A stretch of DNA of 7,276 bases from a virus (lineage: Duplodnaviria > Heunggongvirae > Uroviricota > Caudoviricetes), in IMG/VR virus record IMGVR_UViG_2547132272_000004, positions 1 through 7,276 of that record. One strand, 5' to 3'. Of the stretch, positions 6,110 to 7,276 are shown piece after piece. Position numbers and translations under genes: made by a program. How positions within the stretch are numbered: the stretch's first letter is position 1; each line of letters opens with the position of its first letter. The notes beneath the pieces were generated by a model. It did not search any database. It was not told where the DNA came from and worked only from the letters and a program-made list of their open reading frames with translations.

Positions 6110-6294
6110 AAAACCGTAAAGCAAAGATTCTGTTAGCTCGCAGAAACGGTGTTGGGGTCTGGCGATGGTTGAGGATTAGTAACAGACGAGTGAGGTTGAC
6201 GGGGTGTTGCGGGGTGATGGGTCACAGCTGTTGCAAAAAGCCCAGCGCGGCGCAAAACCGCTGGAAAAACCACTTGCGCACTAAAGGAGAGTGA
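6106..6294 (+). CDS. hypothetical small basic protein (62 aa), Arg- and Cys-rich
   Basis: ATG 6106 overlaps the previous stop (ATGA), with AGGAG 9 nt upstream. Stop is 1 nt before the HNH gene start. Unusual composition. Confidence 0.35.
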   Translation: MKNRKAKILLARRNGVGVWRWLRISNRRVRLTGCCGVMGHSCCKKPSAAQNRWKNHLRTKGE

Positions 6295-6295
6295 T

Positions 6296-6661
6296 ATGGC
6301 ACTGACGAAAAAACAACGTGCAGAACTGCGCATGAAGTTCGGCGGTCGCTGCGCTTATTGCGGCTGCGAACTTGGCGAAAAGTGGCATGCAGACCATGTA
6401 AAACCGGTCATTCGTTTTGATGGAAATATGCTTCACCAGGAACGTGACGATATATCCAACATGGTTCCGGCATGCCACCCATGCAATCTGCACAAGCATT
6501 GCAGTAGCCTGGAAGATTATCGGCGAATTATCAGTGATGGTCGTCGTGAATTCCTTGCGTCCGGGAAAGGCAAAGCGCTGGTTCGTATGGGATTGGTTGA
6601 AATGAAACCTGACCCGGTTGTGTTCTGGTTTGAAAAATATCAAGAAGGGGCTACAGCATGA
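6296..6661 (+). CDS. HNH endonuclease (121 aa)
   Basis: AAGGAGA at 6283..6289 before ATG 6296. Canonical HNH/zinc-finger pattern: CAYCGC ... HADHVKP ... [14 protein letters not shown]. Confidence 0.85.
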   Translation: MALTKKQRAELRMKFGGRCAYCGCELGEKWHADHVKPVIRFDGNMLHQERDDISNMVPACHPCNLHKHCSSLEDYRRIISDGRREFLASGKGKALVRMGLVEMKPDPVVFWFEKYQEGATA

Positions 6662-7002
6662 CGACTTTTACCAGAGAGCAGTTAATAGCTCACGCAGAGG
6701 AGACTATTGAAGCACAGAGACTGTGCATACCGGGCACAATCGACCATGACATCATCCGCACATATAAGATGGATATTGCTGTTCTGGAAATCGCACTGGT
6801 ATCGCTGGCAGCAGAGCCAGCCGGTAAATTGCATGAATACAAACCAGTGGGATATCAGCGTCTGGTTGATGAGTTAATCATGCTGGTAAAGCAGTTAACC
6901 TGGCAACTGAGGAAAGCGAAGCCAGACTGCAAATTACCGGATAAGGCGATGAGTTATCTGGAGCGGAACGGACTGATAAGCGTGGAGGATATTTTACGAT
7001 GA
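6658..7002 (+). CDS. hypothetical protein (114 aa)
   Basis: ATG 6658 overlaps the HNH stop (ATGA), consistent with translational coupling. Protein-like composition. No family recognised. Confidence 0.6.
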   Translation: MTTFTREQLIAHAEETIEAQRLCIPGTIDHDIIRTYKMDIAVLEIALVSLAAEPAGKLHEYKPVGYQRLVDELIMLVKQLTWQLRKAKPDCKLPDKAMSYLERNGLISVEDILR

Positions 7003-7235
7003 CTGGCCTGAAGCATTCACAACGGTAGGAATTGCGATGGCAGTGGCGCTGGTGGTGTATTCGATTTGCCGCTGGGGATAAAAACGGTTTGCGGGAAAAA
7101 GGGAGTTAAGTAAAATTGCTGCGGGTGCTTGAGGCTATCTGTCTCAGGCATGAACACCAAAAGGCAGATAGAGAAAAGCCCCAGTTAACATTACGCGTCC
7201 TGCAAGACGCTTAACATTAATCTGAGGCCCAATCT

Positions 7236-7276
7236 ATGTCTCACAAATGTAGGTTAGCCTCTTACGTGCCGAAAGG
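7236..7276 (+). CDS. possible 5' end of a CDS running off the window (MSHKCRLASYVPK...)
   Basis: ATG 7236 with GAGG at 7224..7227. Open to the window end. Only 13 codons are visible. Confidence 0.25.
   Translation, partial: MSHKCRLASYVPK

Noticed and set aside
4729-6643. Antisense and alternative-frame ORFs (4729..5091 -, 5368..5607 +, 5459..5686 -, 6133..6333 -, 6281..6643 -, 6417..6605 +)
   Set aside because: Embedded in or opposite well-supported plus-strand genes. No independent translation signals.
6999-7028. 9-codon ORF ATGACTGGCCTGAAGCATTCACAACGGTAG overlapping the 7002 stop
   Set aside because: Too short and no SD. Likely coincidental.
1-7276. Search for tRNA, rRNA, integrase, transposase or IS ends
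   Set aside because: No cloverleaf-compatible segment, no recognisable recombinase motif, and no terminal inverted repeats with target duplications were found by eye. A tRNA scan was not run, so small RNAs cannot be fully excluded.

Overview
The window reads as the immunity and early-replication region of a lambdoid prophage of the Qin/Rac (DicA-type) class from an enterobacterium. Centre: a DicA-like repressor (minus strand, 1644..2051) sits divergent from a DicC/Cro-like gene (2129..2356), separated by a 77-bp control region carrying a perfect 14-bp palindrome. Leftward (minus strand): two tiny genes at the positions of Qin ydfA/ydfB, a 186-aa protein I do not recognise, and a DicF-like sRNA/terminator at the window edge. 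An AT-rich plus-strand zinc-ribbon ORF (394..636) lies antisense to this operon and overlaps the 3' end of the 186-aa gene. Rightward (plus strand): a YdaT-like protein at the CII position, an O-like initiator with iteron-like repeats inside its coding sequence, a lambda P-like helicase loader, then a tightly coupled run of small nin-region-like genes including a clear HNH endonuclease. No tRNA, rRNA, CRISPR array, integrase or transposase was seen. The best candidate for an undescribed accessory module is the convergent 186-aa / 80-aa pair, but nothing here proves function. All family assignments are from reading the translations and from recall, not from database searches.
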